A stretch of DNA of 64,000 nucleotides from NCBI RefSeq assembly GCF_001194135.2, contig NC_068988.1, forward strand, positions 31,833,462-31,897,461. Reading direction: 5' to 3'. Each line of letters starts with the position of its first letter. Positions within the stretch are counted from its first letter, which is position 1. This document shows positions 22,481 to 34,473 of the stretch, piece by piece. The notes below the pieces were generated by a model, which did no database searches, was not told the DNA's origin, and worked only from the letters and a program-made list of their open reading frames with translations. The translations under genes and the position numbers were made by a program. The stretch comes from Octopus bimaculoides. Taxonomy: Eukaryota.

Positions 22481-23733
22481 GAACAAAAAAAATAAAGAAT
22501 TTTTGATATCGTGTTAGACAGTTGGTGAGTAATGAAAAATACCTGACTGAGCTAACTAGAAGAACACAAAGAAATATCCGTTAATACAGACCAAATAGCC
22601 ATGTTGATTGTAACTTCGCAGAATTTAATCAATAAAGAATACATCAACAATCTTATACTGGACACTATACAAGTATTATAAATGCCTTCAGAAAATGCAT
22701 AACACATGCTGTGATGTGCTTCTGGGAATGCCAAAGTGAATGCTCTCTTAGAATATAACATTTCAGCAAAATATGGAGATTAAGGTAAATCGTCAAGATA
22801 TTATGGTGAAATATCTGGAGGAAACAGATGCCATTTAATCTTTGAAAGAATTCTAGCTTGCATCAATATATGCATACATGTAAAACACTTGGGTCCCGAA
22901 GTATCGGTTTCAACACTGTCAATACTGCAACAATCTGAAATTTAAACGAACATTATTAATTCTACGCCGCAAGAAACTCCTTAGAGCATAAGGATCGTAC
23001 AGAGCAACCGATTTTATATGCGCACCCTTCAATGATTGAAGAACTGCCAACCTTCATATCACATACACTCTTCGCATTCCACTCTCGTCACTTTCTACGA
23101 ATCCAGGCCAATCAGCTCAATACCGAGACTGGTCAGAAACTGAAAGTAAATGGTCATTGAGGTCTTCAATAAATCCGCAGAAATATCAAAATTGTTTTAA
23201 TCTATTGCTCGTTATCCGTTTATATGCCAATTACTTTGCACTTCTTCGAGAATTATGAAAACGGTGATGACAGATGAATTATGTAATTACTGACCCTGCA
23301 AAAGGATTCAGTCAAATCACCATCACTCATACTCATCTCCTTTAAACCGAAGGTATATCGAACAATGTAGATAAAAACAAAAACCAAACAAACAAACTCT
23401 AAAGCATGGACGCTACCGGTATATCATAGATCATCATGAGTCCGCTCAACAACAACTGACCAGTTGATCGGGGAGTTATAAACATTTCAGTAATGATTTG
23501 TATGTGGTCGCATGAAGTGTTTTAATGGTATTGTTGCCATTGCTGCAGATGTAAAGTAACTTTTCTCTATTATTGCATCATTAATTAGTAAGATGTTCTA
23601 ATGCCAGGTGCGGCAAAGTATAAATGGGTGTAAGAATAAACAAAACATTAAGCTCTGCGTGCATATGTATGTATATGAGATTTATGAAAATTGATTTTAA
23701 TAGGATAATGTTAAAAAGAAAACTGTAATGGTG

Positions 23734-23736
<3 letters not shown>

Positions 23737-23778
<42 letters not shown>

Positions 23779-23816
23779 TATAGATATATAAATATATAGA
23801 TATATAGATATGTGCG

Positions 23817-23847
<31 letters not shown>

Positions 23848-23895
23848 TTGTGTGTGCGTGTGTGTGTGTGTGTGCGTGCGCGCGCGCGCGTGTGT
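23737..23895. repeat. Compound (TA)n-(TG)n-(CG)n microsatellite
   Basis: Directly visible. Confidence 0.95.
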
Positions 23896-24004
23896 AAATG
23901 TGTGTTTCTGTGTCTATAACCATGCGCATTCACAGTTATTTCCCACCGGAAGGCAGCAAGAATATGATTCGAGGCGAGAAATAGCATATTTGTATATATG
24001 AATG

Positions 24005-25928
24005 TATGTCCTATTTTGCAATTATTATAAATCATCTACTAAGGAGGGAGCCGGTTTCCAACAAACATACAAGTCTCCATCTTTGGGATGTAGTTAAAAA
24101 AGACAAATTCACATTTGGAACTGGAGAAAAGTCTTGCATATTTTCAATGTTCCACTCACAGACTGCACTTTTATCCGGATTCTCCTATAAGCATTTACTA
24201 ACGAAACCTATTGCTCCAATTACTATTGGTATGAATATGAATCCATAGTCGGATATAGAAGCTAGCGGTTTCGAAGCAGTTGCCCAGATATCCTATTTTC
24301 TTTGATTTTTCATAGAGATATTATTGTCTGCAGTGCAGATTCCCTTTATGATGGTACATACATTTGCGCCTGTCCCAAACAACAATATCGGGCCTGTTAT
24401 TTTTATATTTGATAGAAGTTTTGATGGGAATATTCCATTAGTATTCTTTGAGTTGGTGCTTATTAATATATTCCATAACAGAGGTATTTTTAAAGTTTTT
24501 TTCAGGACAGTCTTTTTTGCGGATAACATTCTAAATTGTTTTAGCAACAACATCGTGGCACACAAAGTCATAGTACCGTGATGACATTTTAGGATTACTG
24601 CTAATCACATTTGTGATCTTTTCCACAGAAACATAACATAGCCTACACATGCGGTTCCACTTTGGCATTACAGGAGCGTCAGTGTTTCTCTTGAACACCA
24701 GGATCTCTGAGGCAATCTTCTGTTTCCGAATTGCAAATGCATAGCCTTCAGAGTGTGATGTGATATAGTGGTCTAATACCCAATCAAGCCTTCACTTCTT
24801 GTCATTTCTATTTTCTTCAATCCTCCAACAACACACCCATGCATAGTCCTTTTTTGTATGCTGAGTGCTTTCCATCCATGTCTTCTCTGAGATAAGAGAG
24901 CCCAGCTGTTTTGAGGCTGTATAGGAGATCATCAGAAGGTGAGTGTTTCTTGAAGAGCTCACTACCAACTCCTAGAATGTTGCTCACTTAACTTTTCAGC
25001 ACTGCATTTATATATTTATTTTTGCTGCTATTGTTTAGAAGGTGCTGTCTGAGTGATACCTTACGACATTCGAAGGCCATCTGCACTGATCGCAGGCCTC
25101 TATAGCCTTCATTTCTTCTTAAGTAGACGCTGTCAACATCACTGTTTCTGTGGAAGTTGGCAGCTGTCAGAATTTTGCGGGTTTTGATATCTATGGAGTG
25201 GATTTCCTCTGCAGACCAATCAAGTATCCCAAATGTTGGGATCAACACTGTTACTGCAAATGCATTGTGGGATATTGTTTTGTTTTATGAGGAGAGAACC
25301 GAATGTCATATTTTCCTGAGTCTGGTGTAATATTTTTGGGTCACTCTATCTTTATTCACAGTGCTTTCATATGATATATTTCCGTGTATGCCTAGTTACT
25401 TGTAACATTCTTTGTGTGGGATGTTCTATAACCAAATATTATTTCTTTTGTTCAAATTTCTTTTGTTCAAATTCCATGCCCATATCAGCTGAAAATGTTA
25501 TTAATTTCAGTTGTTTTTTGGGATTGTTGCAACTTTTAGCATCAATCTTGAGGCCGTTTACAAAGAAATTATGAGTTACATTGATATTTATTGCAGTTGA
25601 AGATTCTCGCATGTAACCATTTGTTTTCTACAGTAAGAATGATAATGGATTCAGTGTCAAAATGAAAAGAAGTACAGAAAGATTATCTCACTGGAATATC
25701 CCCTTTGAAATGTCTATAATATCAGAAACAATTATTCTTTTCTCAGTTGTAAGGGTAAGAGCTGTTGTTCCTGTCTTTGTGAGTCTCTTTATAGCAGCAA
25801 TTAATGTAGTAAGTAGTTTGCCAGATGTTGGCACTTCAGCAGCCATGAATGAGGGATATAGTCCAATGCTCTGCTATAGTAAAGCCATACTGTCAAAAGG
25901 TTTCTACGTTGTTTTCTTACTTCAGACA
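24005..25928 (-). mobile_element. R4/Dong-clade non-LTR retrotransposon (RT plus restriction-like endonuclease), copy 1, 5'-truncated
   Basis: Minus-strand peptides: SEVRKQRRNLLTVWLYYSRALDYIPHSWLLKC, KGIFQ*DNLSVLLFILTLNPLSF, THNFFVNGLK (FVDD decayed), IPTFGILDWSAEEIHSIDIKTRKIL...FHRNSDVDSVYLRRNEGYRGL, and an NRPDIVVWD-type PD endonuclease motif near 24390. Confidence 0.9.
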
Positions 25929-26003
25929 ATGCATGTATGTATGTATGTATGTATGTATGTGTGTATGTATGTGTGTATGAATGTATGCATGTATGTATGC
26001 ATG
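25929..26003. repeat. (ATGT)n tetranucleotide array between the two R4/Dong copies
   Basis: Directly visible. Confidence 0.92.
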
Positions 26004-27499
26004 TCTCTTATATTTTTTAATTATTATAAATCTTCAACTTAGGAGGGAGCCGGTTTCCAACAAACATACAAGGCTCCATCTTTGGGATATAGTTAACACA
26101 GACAAACTAACATTTGGAACTGGAGAAAAGTCTTGCATATTTTTAATGTTCGACTCACAGATTGCACTTGTAATCAGCTGGTCTATTTCTCATTCTGAAA
26201 ATCCCAGTTTACCCAGATTCTCCTATAAGCATTTACTAACAAAACCTATTGCTCTAATTGTCTGGATATAGAAACTGGCGGTTTCGAAGCAGTTATCCAG
26301 AGATATCTTCTTTTTCTTAGATTTTCATAGAGATATTTATACCTGCGTTGCAGTTGTCCTCTATGATAGTACATACATTTGCCCCTGTGTCTTAAACAAC
26401 AATATCCGGCCTGCTATTTCTACATGTGATAGAAGTGTTGATGAGAATATTCCATTAGTATTCCTTGAGTTGATTTTTATGAATATATTCCGCAACAAGT
26501 GATTTTCTAAGTTTACTTCAGAACAGTTGTTTTTTGCGGATGGTATTCTAAATTGTTTTAGCAACAGCATCGTGCCGCATAGGGACATAGTACCGTGATG
26601 ACATTTTAGGATTGCTGCTAATCACATTTGTGATGTTTTCCACAAAAACATGACATGGCTTACACATGCGGTTGCACTTTGTGATTACAAGAACGTCACT
26701 GTTTCTCCTGTTCACCAGACACTTTGTGGAAATCGCCTGTTTCTGGATTGCAAACGCATAGCCTTCAGAGTGTGATGTGATGTAGTGGTCTAATATCCAA
26801 CAAAGCCTTGACTTCTTGTCATTTCTTCTATTTTCTTCAAGCTTCCAGGCAACATAGCCATGCATATTCTTTTTTTGTATGCTGAGTGCTTTCTATCCGT
26901 GTCTTTCCTGAAGTAAGAGAGCCCAGCTGTTTTGAGGCTGTATAGGAGATAATCAGGAAAAGGGTTTTCGTGAGGAGTTCACTGCCAACTCGTTCAATGT
27001 TGTTTAGTAGCAATGAATGTAGTAGGTACTTTCGCGAGATGTATGCACTTCAACAGACATGAATGAGGGATAGAGTCGAACGCCTTCTTATAGTCTAGCC
27101 ATACTGGTACAGGGTTTCTATGTTTTCTTTTTTACTTCAGACATCACTTCTTTGTTTATTAAATGTTGTTCGGTACCTCCCAACAGTCCATTCTTTCCAC
27201 CAGCCTGTTCATCAGTCAAAATGTTATTGGGCTCACTATGGTTCTGGGGGAAATGGTTGGGGCAACTTGTGTACAGTTTGTACATAATATTTAGGCAAGC
27301 AATGGGACTGCAATTTCCTGCCATCGCCGTGATTTGGTTTTTCGCAACACGATTTGTCCTTGCTGTAGCAAACGAAGTTGGTATATCAGTCTGAACTTCC
27401 GAATGGTTTCTATAAAATGGCAGGTTCTTGTACCAAAACCTAACTATTAGTTCCCTTCCAAGTGCCTTCCTATTCTGTACTTTGCCTACTGCTATAGCG
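26003..27499 (-). mobile_element. R4/Dong-clade LINE, copy 2, with the RT core deleted
   Basis: 26035-26990 aligns with 24035-24985. Peptides: NRKALGRELIVRFWYKNL, PIACLNIMYKLYTS, ILTDEQAGGK, VWLDYKKAFDSIPHS, then a jump near 27000 to HGYVAWK...TSHSEGYAFAIQKQAISTK...MRHDAVAKTI. Confidence 0.9.
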
Positions 27500-27554
27500 A
27501 AGTGTCTTAGTGAAGAACACAACAAGATCTAACCACTGAGCCATGTGCCTTCAC
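27500..27554 (-). mobile_element. Internally deleted family B SINE head abutting the 5' end of LINE copy 2
   Basis: Minus strand GTGAAGGCACATGGCTCAGTGGTTAGA-TCTT-GTTGTGTTCTTCACTAAGACACTT; compare 12076-12184. Confidence 0.7.
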
Positions 27555-28174
27555 TAATATGTATATATATANNNNNNNNNNNNNNNNNNNNNNNNNNNNN
27601 NNNNNNNNNNNNNNNNNNNNNNNNNNNNNNNNNNNNNNNNNNNNNNNNNNNNNNNNNNNNNNNNNNNNNNNNNNNNNNNNNNNNNNNNNNNNNNNNNNNN
27701 NNNNNNNNNNNNNNNNNNNNATATATATATATATATATATAAGTGTCACTAAATGCGACTAGGGTGTTAGGAAACAACTATATTGCTAAGAATAAGAGCT
27801 CAACCACTCTAATGCTGCAGATAACGCAGATCGATGATAACAGATTAACAGCCGCTATAATCGCCCGAAAAATGCTCATTGAGAACTTTTAATGCTGACG
27901 CGTCAGTTTCGGCATTTTCCATTGGCTCATCAGTTAAGACAGCTCGACTTCGGCTCTTTTCGGACTCCTTTCGCCATTACTATTTATGTTTTCCTCATCC
28001 AAATAATTAGATGATTTAGCGAATCACTAGAATATTAGTCACATTTTTATATTAATTATATATATATATATATATATATCGATAGCTAAGTAGAGAGATA
28101 GATAGATACGTAAGCTTTGGATACCCTGTACATATCACTCTATGACCTATCATCTTATTCATCTTTTATGCTTT

Positions 28175-28500
28175 GCTTGTTTCAGTCATTTAATAACGGC
28201 CATGCTGGGGCACCGCCTTGAATAGTTTATGTCCAACAAATCGACCCTAGGACTTGTTTTAGGCCTAAACACACCAACACCGTTTGCCAAATTCTGGCGG
28301 GGATAAACACATACACAAAAATACACACACATTCATATATATATACGATGGACTTCTTTCAGTTTCCGTCTACCAAATCCACTCAGAAGATTTTGGACGG
28401 GCTAACGTTATGGTAGAAGAAACTTGCCCAAGGTGTTCACGCAGTGGGACTGAATTCGGAACTATGTAGTTGGGAAGCAAGCATCTTACCACACAGCTCC
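28175..28500 (-). mobile_element. Family A SINE, near full length
   Basis: Retains the head (GGGACTGAATTCGGAACTATGTAGTTGGGAAGCAAG), a CORE-like ACTTGCCCAAGGTG, a short internal CA/TA tract and the tail CTTGTTTCAGTCATTT. Confidence 0.88.
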
Positions 28501-30087
28501 CTTTAAAATGCCTTGAAGTAATGGAATCTAGTCTACATTATCCGGATATTTATTTTACACGGCGCTTTTTTTCCCACTCGTAATGAAATGTATGAAGCTG
28601 TATGAGAGTGAGCAGAAAGGGTTTGTGTACAATCGTATTTGAGTTTATAATTAGAAAAGATTTTGTTGAAGTTGTAATATGAAGAGAAGCAAATTAACCC
28701 GTATACTTCAACACGTGTTTTCAACAACAAATTTTATGAATAGTGCTGTTCGTAAGTTGTACAAATATCCATGTCCACTTCGTTGAAGAGAACATGTTTA
28801 ATTACAGCAGGTCAAAGCGTGGAAGACACAGCCTGAGATAAAAATACCGGGCGAATTATAGAATACTACGAATCGAAGTCGAAAATGGCAAATAAAAGCT
28901 AGGAATTCTTAAGGATACTTAAGGGCGATGTCAATTGGTTGATAAACAACATGGTTTTAAGCAAATGCCATTTAAAAATCAATTATCAAATTCAGCGTCA
29001 TACGTTCCAGTAATGACGGATAATACATTTGGTTCAAAGGGTAGATATTTACAAACACCGATATAGAATACCTAAGCAAATCTTGTATTCAACTACAAAT
29101 TCAAACATTTGAAGTGACTAACACATCTCAACAGGCGGGATTTAATATGCTTATATAGTAAATTATATTTAATACATTGAGGTTAAATGTTTGAAGGCAA
29201 TAAGAAAATATAATTAGCCGCAATGATGCAGAATCAATTAGATATAATCAGTCCTCGGTGACTCGAAAGAACGAATGAAAACATAACAATAATAATATCC
29301 TTCATAACCGCACGGCACTATCATACTATATATCACGTGTTGGCAAAGTCAAATCTAAATTTATCAAAGTCATTAGCATCTAGTCCTTTGAAAGATCAGT
29401 AAAACCCATTAGTAGCAAATCTTTCAAAGAAACGATTGAAACATACAGTAATTTCCACCCGAACATTTGAAGAAAATGAAAAGGTATTCTTCTTTGAAAG
29501 GATATCGATAAAAGGTCAAAATGGCTCATAATAATTTACATGCCAATACACAGCACAGTCGAAAAGCATTTAACGCACATACTTGCACACGCACCTCTTC
29601 TACTCAAGCCATTCAGCAAAGACTGGCCATCAGTTGATCTTTGAACCTATCAGTGTCCATTAAATAAATAGCCAGCAAATAGTCATCTATCAGTAACGAG
29701 TCAGTTAAGATGTAGTCAATGCTCTCGCTTGAACCATATCTAGTACTCAGCTGTTATTCTCACTATGTATTCTCTTCAATTTACGCACTTTTATAAACTC
29801 ATTATAAGAAAACTAATTATTCCCTGAAACAATATACAATTTAAAAACGTACGATTTCATAGAACGAATCATGATCCGCTATGGAATTCTTAAGAATTAT
29901 TTACCTGAATGAAGTGGTTAAATGATGAGACATATACGAAGTCAAAACATACAGGCCAAACAGTATTTGGGATTTGTCCCAGTGTTTCATTTATTTACTA
30001 TGTTGAGACGGTATATATATATATATATATAAATTAAGTCCAACAATTTCTATCGAAATTGTACAAACAAAAGCAATAACACCAAGA

Positions 30088-30089
<2 letters not shown>

Positions 30090-30155
<66 letters not shown>

Positions 30156-30216
30156 TAATAATAATAAGAAAACACAATAACAACAACAACAGCAATAATA
30201 ATAATAATAATAATAA
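30090..30216. repeat. (AAT)n / (AAC)n array
   Basis: Directly visible. Confidence 0.95.
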
Positions 30217-30249
30217 AACGTGAAAGATCACTCCATGATGAAAGTCGAC

Positions 30250-31066
30250 TGTAATGCCTTGATCAAGGAAAAGAAGAAATTCCGGGCTGGTTGACAAAGC
30301 CTGTAGAAGGAGACGCAGAAGTTCCAAAAATTAACTATTGTTTGATAAAATGATAATGCAAGATTGTAAACGAAGGAAACCAAATATGGGAGTGGCCTGG
30401 ATTGACTATCGCAAAGCTAATGATATGACACCATTTCGTTGACCATTTAGTACTAAGATCTGTTTCGATTGCGAGGAATGTCACGTGTTTCCTAAAGAGA
30501 ATCATGGTGGGAAGGAAAACTGAACTGACATCTTATGGAAAAAGCTTGCGCACCCTGGGTATGAGAAGAGGGATTTTTCAAGGTGATGGCTTATCTCCGT
30601 TGCTTTTTGTTCTCTGCATGACACCTCTGACCTTGGTAATTAGGAAAATGAACCTGGGGTACCAACTAAAGGAAACACCCGAAACAATCAACCACATCCT
30701 ATTCATGGGTGAATTGAAACTGTATGGCAAAGATGAAACAAAATTGAGTTCCATGGTGGACACGTTGCACTATTGTAGTACTGATGTTAGAATGGAATTT
30801 GGATTCTAAGAAGTGTGGAATAATCTACATGAAAAGAGGTAAGGTGCAGTCCCCAGCAGGAACAGAATTTCCGGATAGAGACTTGATTAAACGAATTGAA
30901 ATGGAAAGATACAAATACCTTGGTTTACTAGAGTTCAGCGAGATAATGGAAAAGGAAATGAAAGAGCAACTGAGGATGGAGTATTTCCGAAGATTAGGGT
31001 TAGTGTTGCGCTCAAAACGTGACTGAATGGAATAAAATCCAAGCAATTAAAACGTGGACGATAGCA
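30250..31066 (+). mobile_element. R4/Dong-clade RT fragment from a different family than copies 1 and 2
   Basis: CLDQGKEEIPGWLTK, LLFDKMIMQDCKRRKPNMGVAWIDYRKANDM, RRGIFQGDGLSPLLFVLCMTPL, INHILFMGELKLYG (FMDD decayed), MEFG/KCG, YKYLGLLE, EYFRRLGLVLRSK. Confidence 0.9.
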
Positions 31067-31067
31067 T

Positions 31068-31121
<54 letters not shown>

Positions 31122-31160
31122 ATAATAATAATAATGATAATAATAATAATGATAATAGTA
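31067..31160. repeat. (CTA)n-(AAT)n array
   Basis: Directly visible. Confidence 0.93.
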
Positions 31161-31369
31161 GTACTAATAATAACGATAATTGATATGCAGTTTGAGGGTA
31201 AATAAGAGTGCAGTTTAATCATGAAGAGAAGACCAACACTCACCCCACCGGCCACGAAAAAAAAAAATGATGGAATCTGATTTGATAAATTTTCCACAAG
31301 ATGATATTATCAGATTGCTGTAAAACTAACGAATGAATCTTCGAGAATTGTTGCAGTAAGATACAATGA

Positions 31370-31480
31370 TTGAAAGTGAAATTAGAAAATCTCTAAAGAG
31401 TAGAAAAAAAAGGTTCAGAAAATATTTGATACGAGACTAATTTCAGGTAATATCGTCAAAGCCATCAATATCAAGTTTAT
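31370..31480 (+). mobile_element. Small R4/Dong-like thumb-region fragment
   Basis: KE*KKKVQKIFDTRLISGNIVKAINI resembles KEYxRRVRKILxTKLxSxNxIKAIN. Confidence 0.45.
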
Positions 31481-31812
31481 GACAACATAGATATCAATTA
31501 CTAATTCTGTTATTTATTCCATCTATACTCTCTTAAATCTCACTGGTTTTCTGAGCCAGTGCTTAAGATGGAAGTGGTAAAGGCTGTTGAGACGTCTTAG
31601 AAGAGCGTCTGCACGAACTTTAACCCGAGATACCTGAAGAACTCATATTGTCGCAGGAGGCACAAAGAAGTTCAGTTCCGCTCAACTCGCTCCTTCACCA
31701 GAAACGGTACAGAAAGGAAACTTAAACACAATGAAATCCGGTGTTCCAGCAGAACTTCAGGCTCTGGCCAAAACTAGTAGAAGATAAAACATATAACTAT
31801 ATCTGTAGTGCA

Positions 31813-31907
31813 TATGTATGTATGTATGTATGTTTGTATGTATGTATGTACGTATGTATGTATGTATGTATGTATGTATGTATCTATCTATCTATCTATC
31901 TATCTAT
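31813..31907. repeat. (TATG)n-(TCTA)n array
   Basis: Directly visible. Confidence 0.93.
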
Positions 31908-32944
31908 AAATACATAGATGCATATATACAAACATACATATAGATATTTATGTAAACGTATGTGAATAGGTAAACACACAAACACACAGCTCCCATTATG
32001 TACTTGTATATATATATATATATATATATATNNNNNNNNNNNNNNNNNNNNNNNNNNNNNNNNNNNNNNNNNNNNNNNNNNNNNNNNNNNNNNNNNNNNN
32101 NNNNNNNNNNNNNNNNNNNNNNNNNNNNNNNNNNNNNNNNNNNNNNNNNNNNNNNNNNNNNNNNNNNNNNNNNNNNNNNNNNNNNNNNNNNNNNNNNNNN
32201 NNNNNNNNNNNNNNNNNNNNNNNNNNNNNNNNNNNNNNNNNNNNNNNNNNNNNNNNNNNNNNNNNNNNNATATATATTTATATATATACAGACACGCATA
32301 TACGCATCTGGAGGTAAGAGAGAGAAGAGTGAGTGGAAGATGGAGAAAAAACGTGATACAAAGTCAGATATGGAGATCAGTACAACAATTCTCTGTTCAC
32401 GTAGTTGAATAATGCACATGTTGATCACATATCTGGCTAGAAATGACAAGACAGGAAGTTCCAAAATGGTTTTCCTATTTTTCTTTTTGTCAGGAAAGTA
32501 CATAATATTGTTTGCGTTGCTACAGTAATGTTCGTCATACACGGATATGTAAAGTTCAGCTAGGAGTGCTTTGAGTTTCACGCCGGTGTTTTTGTTTATT
32601 TTATTTTGTTTTTTTCATTCATCTTTTTTTTTATGTGTTATATTCTGTTTTCAGAGCTTCAATGATTTGGATAATATATGAGTAAACGTTAGTGATGTAA
32701 TATAAAACATAAACAAATAAAATTGACTTTCAAATTTTGCAGTTAACACAAGCTTTACTTTTTGCCACGCAGTACATTAGCACACATGCAGGACCTGAAG
32801 AAAAAGGCTGCATGCAAATATATATATATATATANNNNNNNNNNNNNNNNNNNNNNNNNNNNNNNNNNNNNNNNNNNNNNNNNNNNNNNNNNNNNNNNNN
32901 NNNNNNNNNNNNNNNNNNNNNNNNNNNNNNNNNTGTGTGTGTGT

Positions 32945-32981
<37 letters not shown>

Positions 32982-33003
32982 CGTGTGTGTGCTTGTGTGT
33001 GTG

Positions 33004-33038
<35 letters not shown>

Positions 33039-34089
33039 TGTATATATACATTGTATATATATATATATTGTATATACATATATATGTTTCTATGTATATA
33101 TATATTATATGTATGTATTATGTATGTATGTATGTATGTATGTATGCGTGTGTGTGTGAGTGTGTGGACAGAGAGATAGATAGATGTTATAGCAAATAAA
33201 ATGTTCTAAAATTAAACGGAAACCCACAGATGAACAAGCGGGCAATTCACACATGAAACGAGGGCGTGGCTCATTCCTCGTCAGTTATCAACCAAAATCC
33301 TCAAAATTTCACGCCTATGACGATGACACTGTTCATCATTTTTTGTTGTTTCGTCAACGGATGGAAGCTGCTGGGAATATCGAGGGAACTTTAAGGGCAG
33401 TGACAAAAACAAACTCGAGACAAATATGAATATAAGAACAAAATAAATATACAATATACAAACAAAATGAAGTCGTGCGACTCTAAGACCAGACGAATAT
33501 ATGAGTAACGTAAATGAAAGGAAAATGTTTTATTGCACTAGAAAATAAAAGGGGAAAGATCAGATGAAAACAAGAAACGGTGAAAAAACAAACTATGCTG
33601 AAGTTAGAAAGAAACGGGAGAAAGGTGGCTGAACGAACCAAATGGACAAACGAAAAGTTCACACAAGAGACAAGTACATTGTTCATTTATTTGGCGAAAA
33701 ATTGTAAGCATCCTTTGGACGAAGCATGAACAACATCCGTGTCTCGTGTGTGAATTTTCTGTGTTCCTTCATTGTGTTTCACACACACACAAACACACGC
33801 ACACACACAACGTCCCCACACGCACTATTGGTTCTTTGTGTTTGTATAGGTATCCCCACTGCTTGACGACAGGCTTTGAATTGTTTATATCCCCGTAACA
33901 GTGATTCCTAAATATAAGTACTGGGATCGATTTCTTCAAATCAGTGAACGGAAAACAAAAACTAAATAATAATTACGGGGAAGTAGGCACATGCACACGC
34001 ACGCATGCACGCACACGCGCTCACACCCACACACACACACCCACATACACACACACACACGCACACACACACACCCACACATACATGTC

Positions 34090-34473
34090 TAGTCTAGTCA
34101 AATTGTGGCCTCCACTTTGGCAGGTCCTGTGCATGTGGGCCTCTGTCATTCTCGATACAATCTGGGTAGGCCCGTAACCTTCCATACCACTGTTAGCTAG
34201 ACTACTGGAAAACTGTCTGCCATGACAACACTTGGGAAGGATTCTGGAGAGGTTTGCCGTTGCCTTTACGAACAAAGTAGGATTTGAATTCAGAATGTAT
34301 ACAGCTGGAATATATGCCGTAATCCATCTCCGCCGTCGCGCCAACGATTATACTTCTCTTCTCCATGCAGAGCAACATGAATTGAAGTGTTTGGCTTATG
34401 AACAAGATACGTCGCTCGGCCTGGGGATCATACTTGAATGAACATCTCTAACTCCTGGGCCGCACACCTTCAC
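34090..34473 (-). mobile_element. Composite SINE-like element: family B head, family C head, RTE-type tail
   Basis: 34365-34473 aligns with family B (12066-12184). 34278-34349 aligns with the family C head (17208-17280). 34231-34266 reads AAGGCAACGGCAAACCTCTCCAGAATCCTTCCCAAG on the minus strand, similar to BovB/RTE-type tails. Confidence 0.6.
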
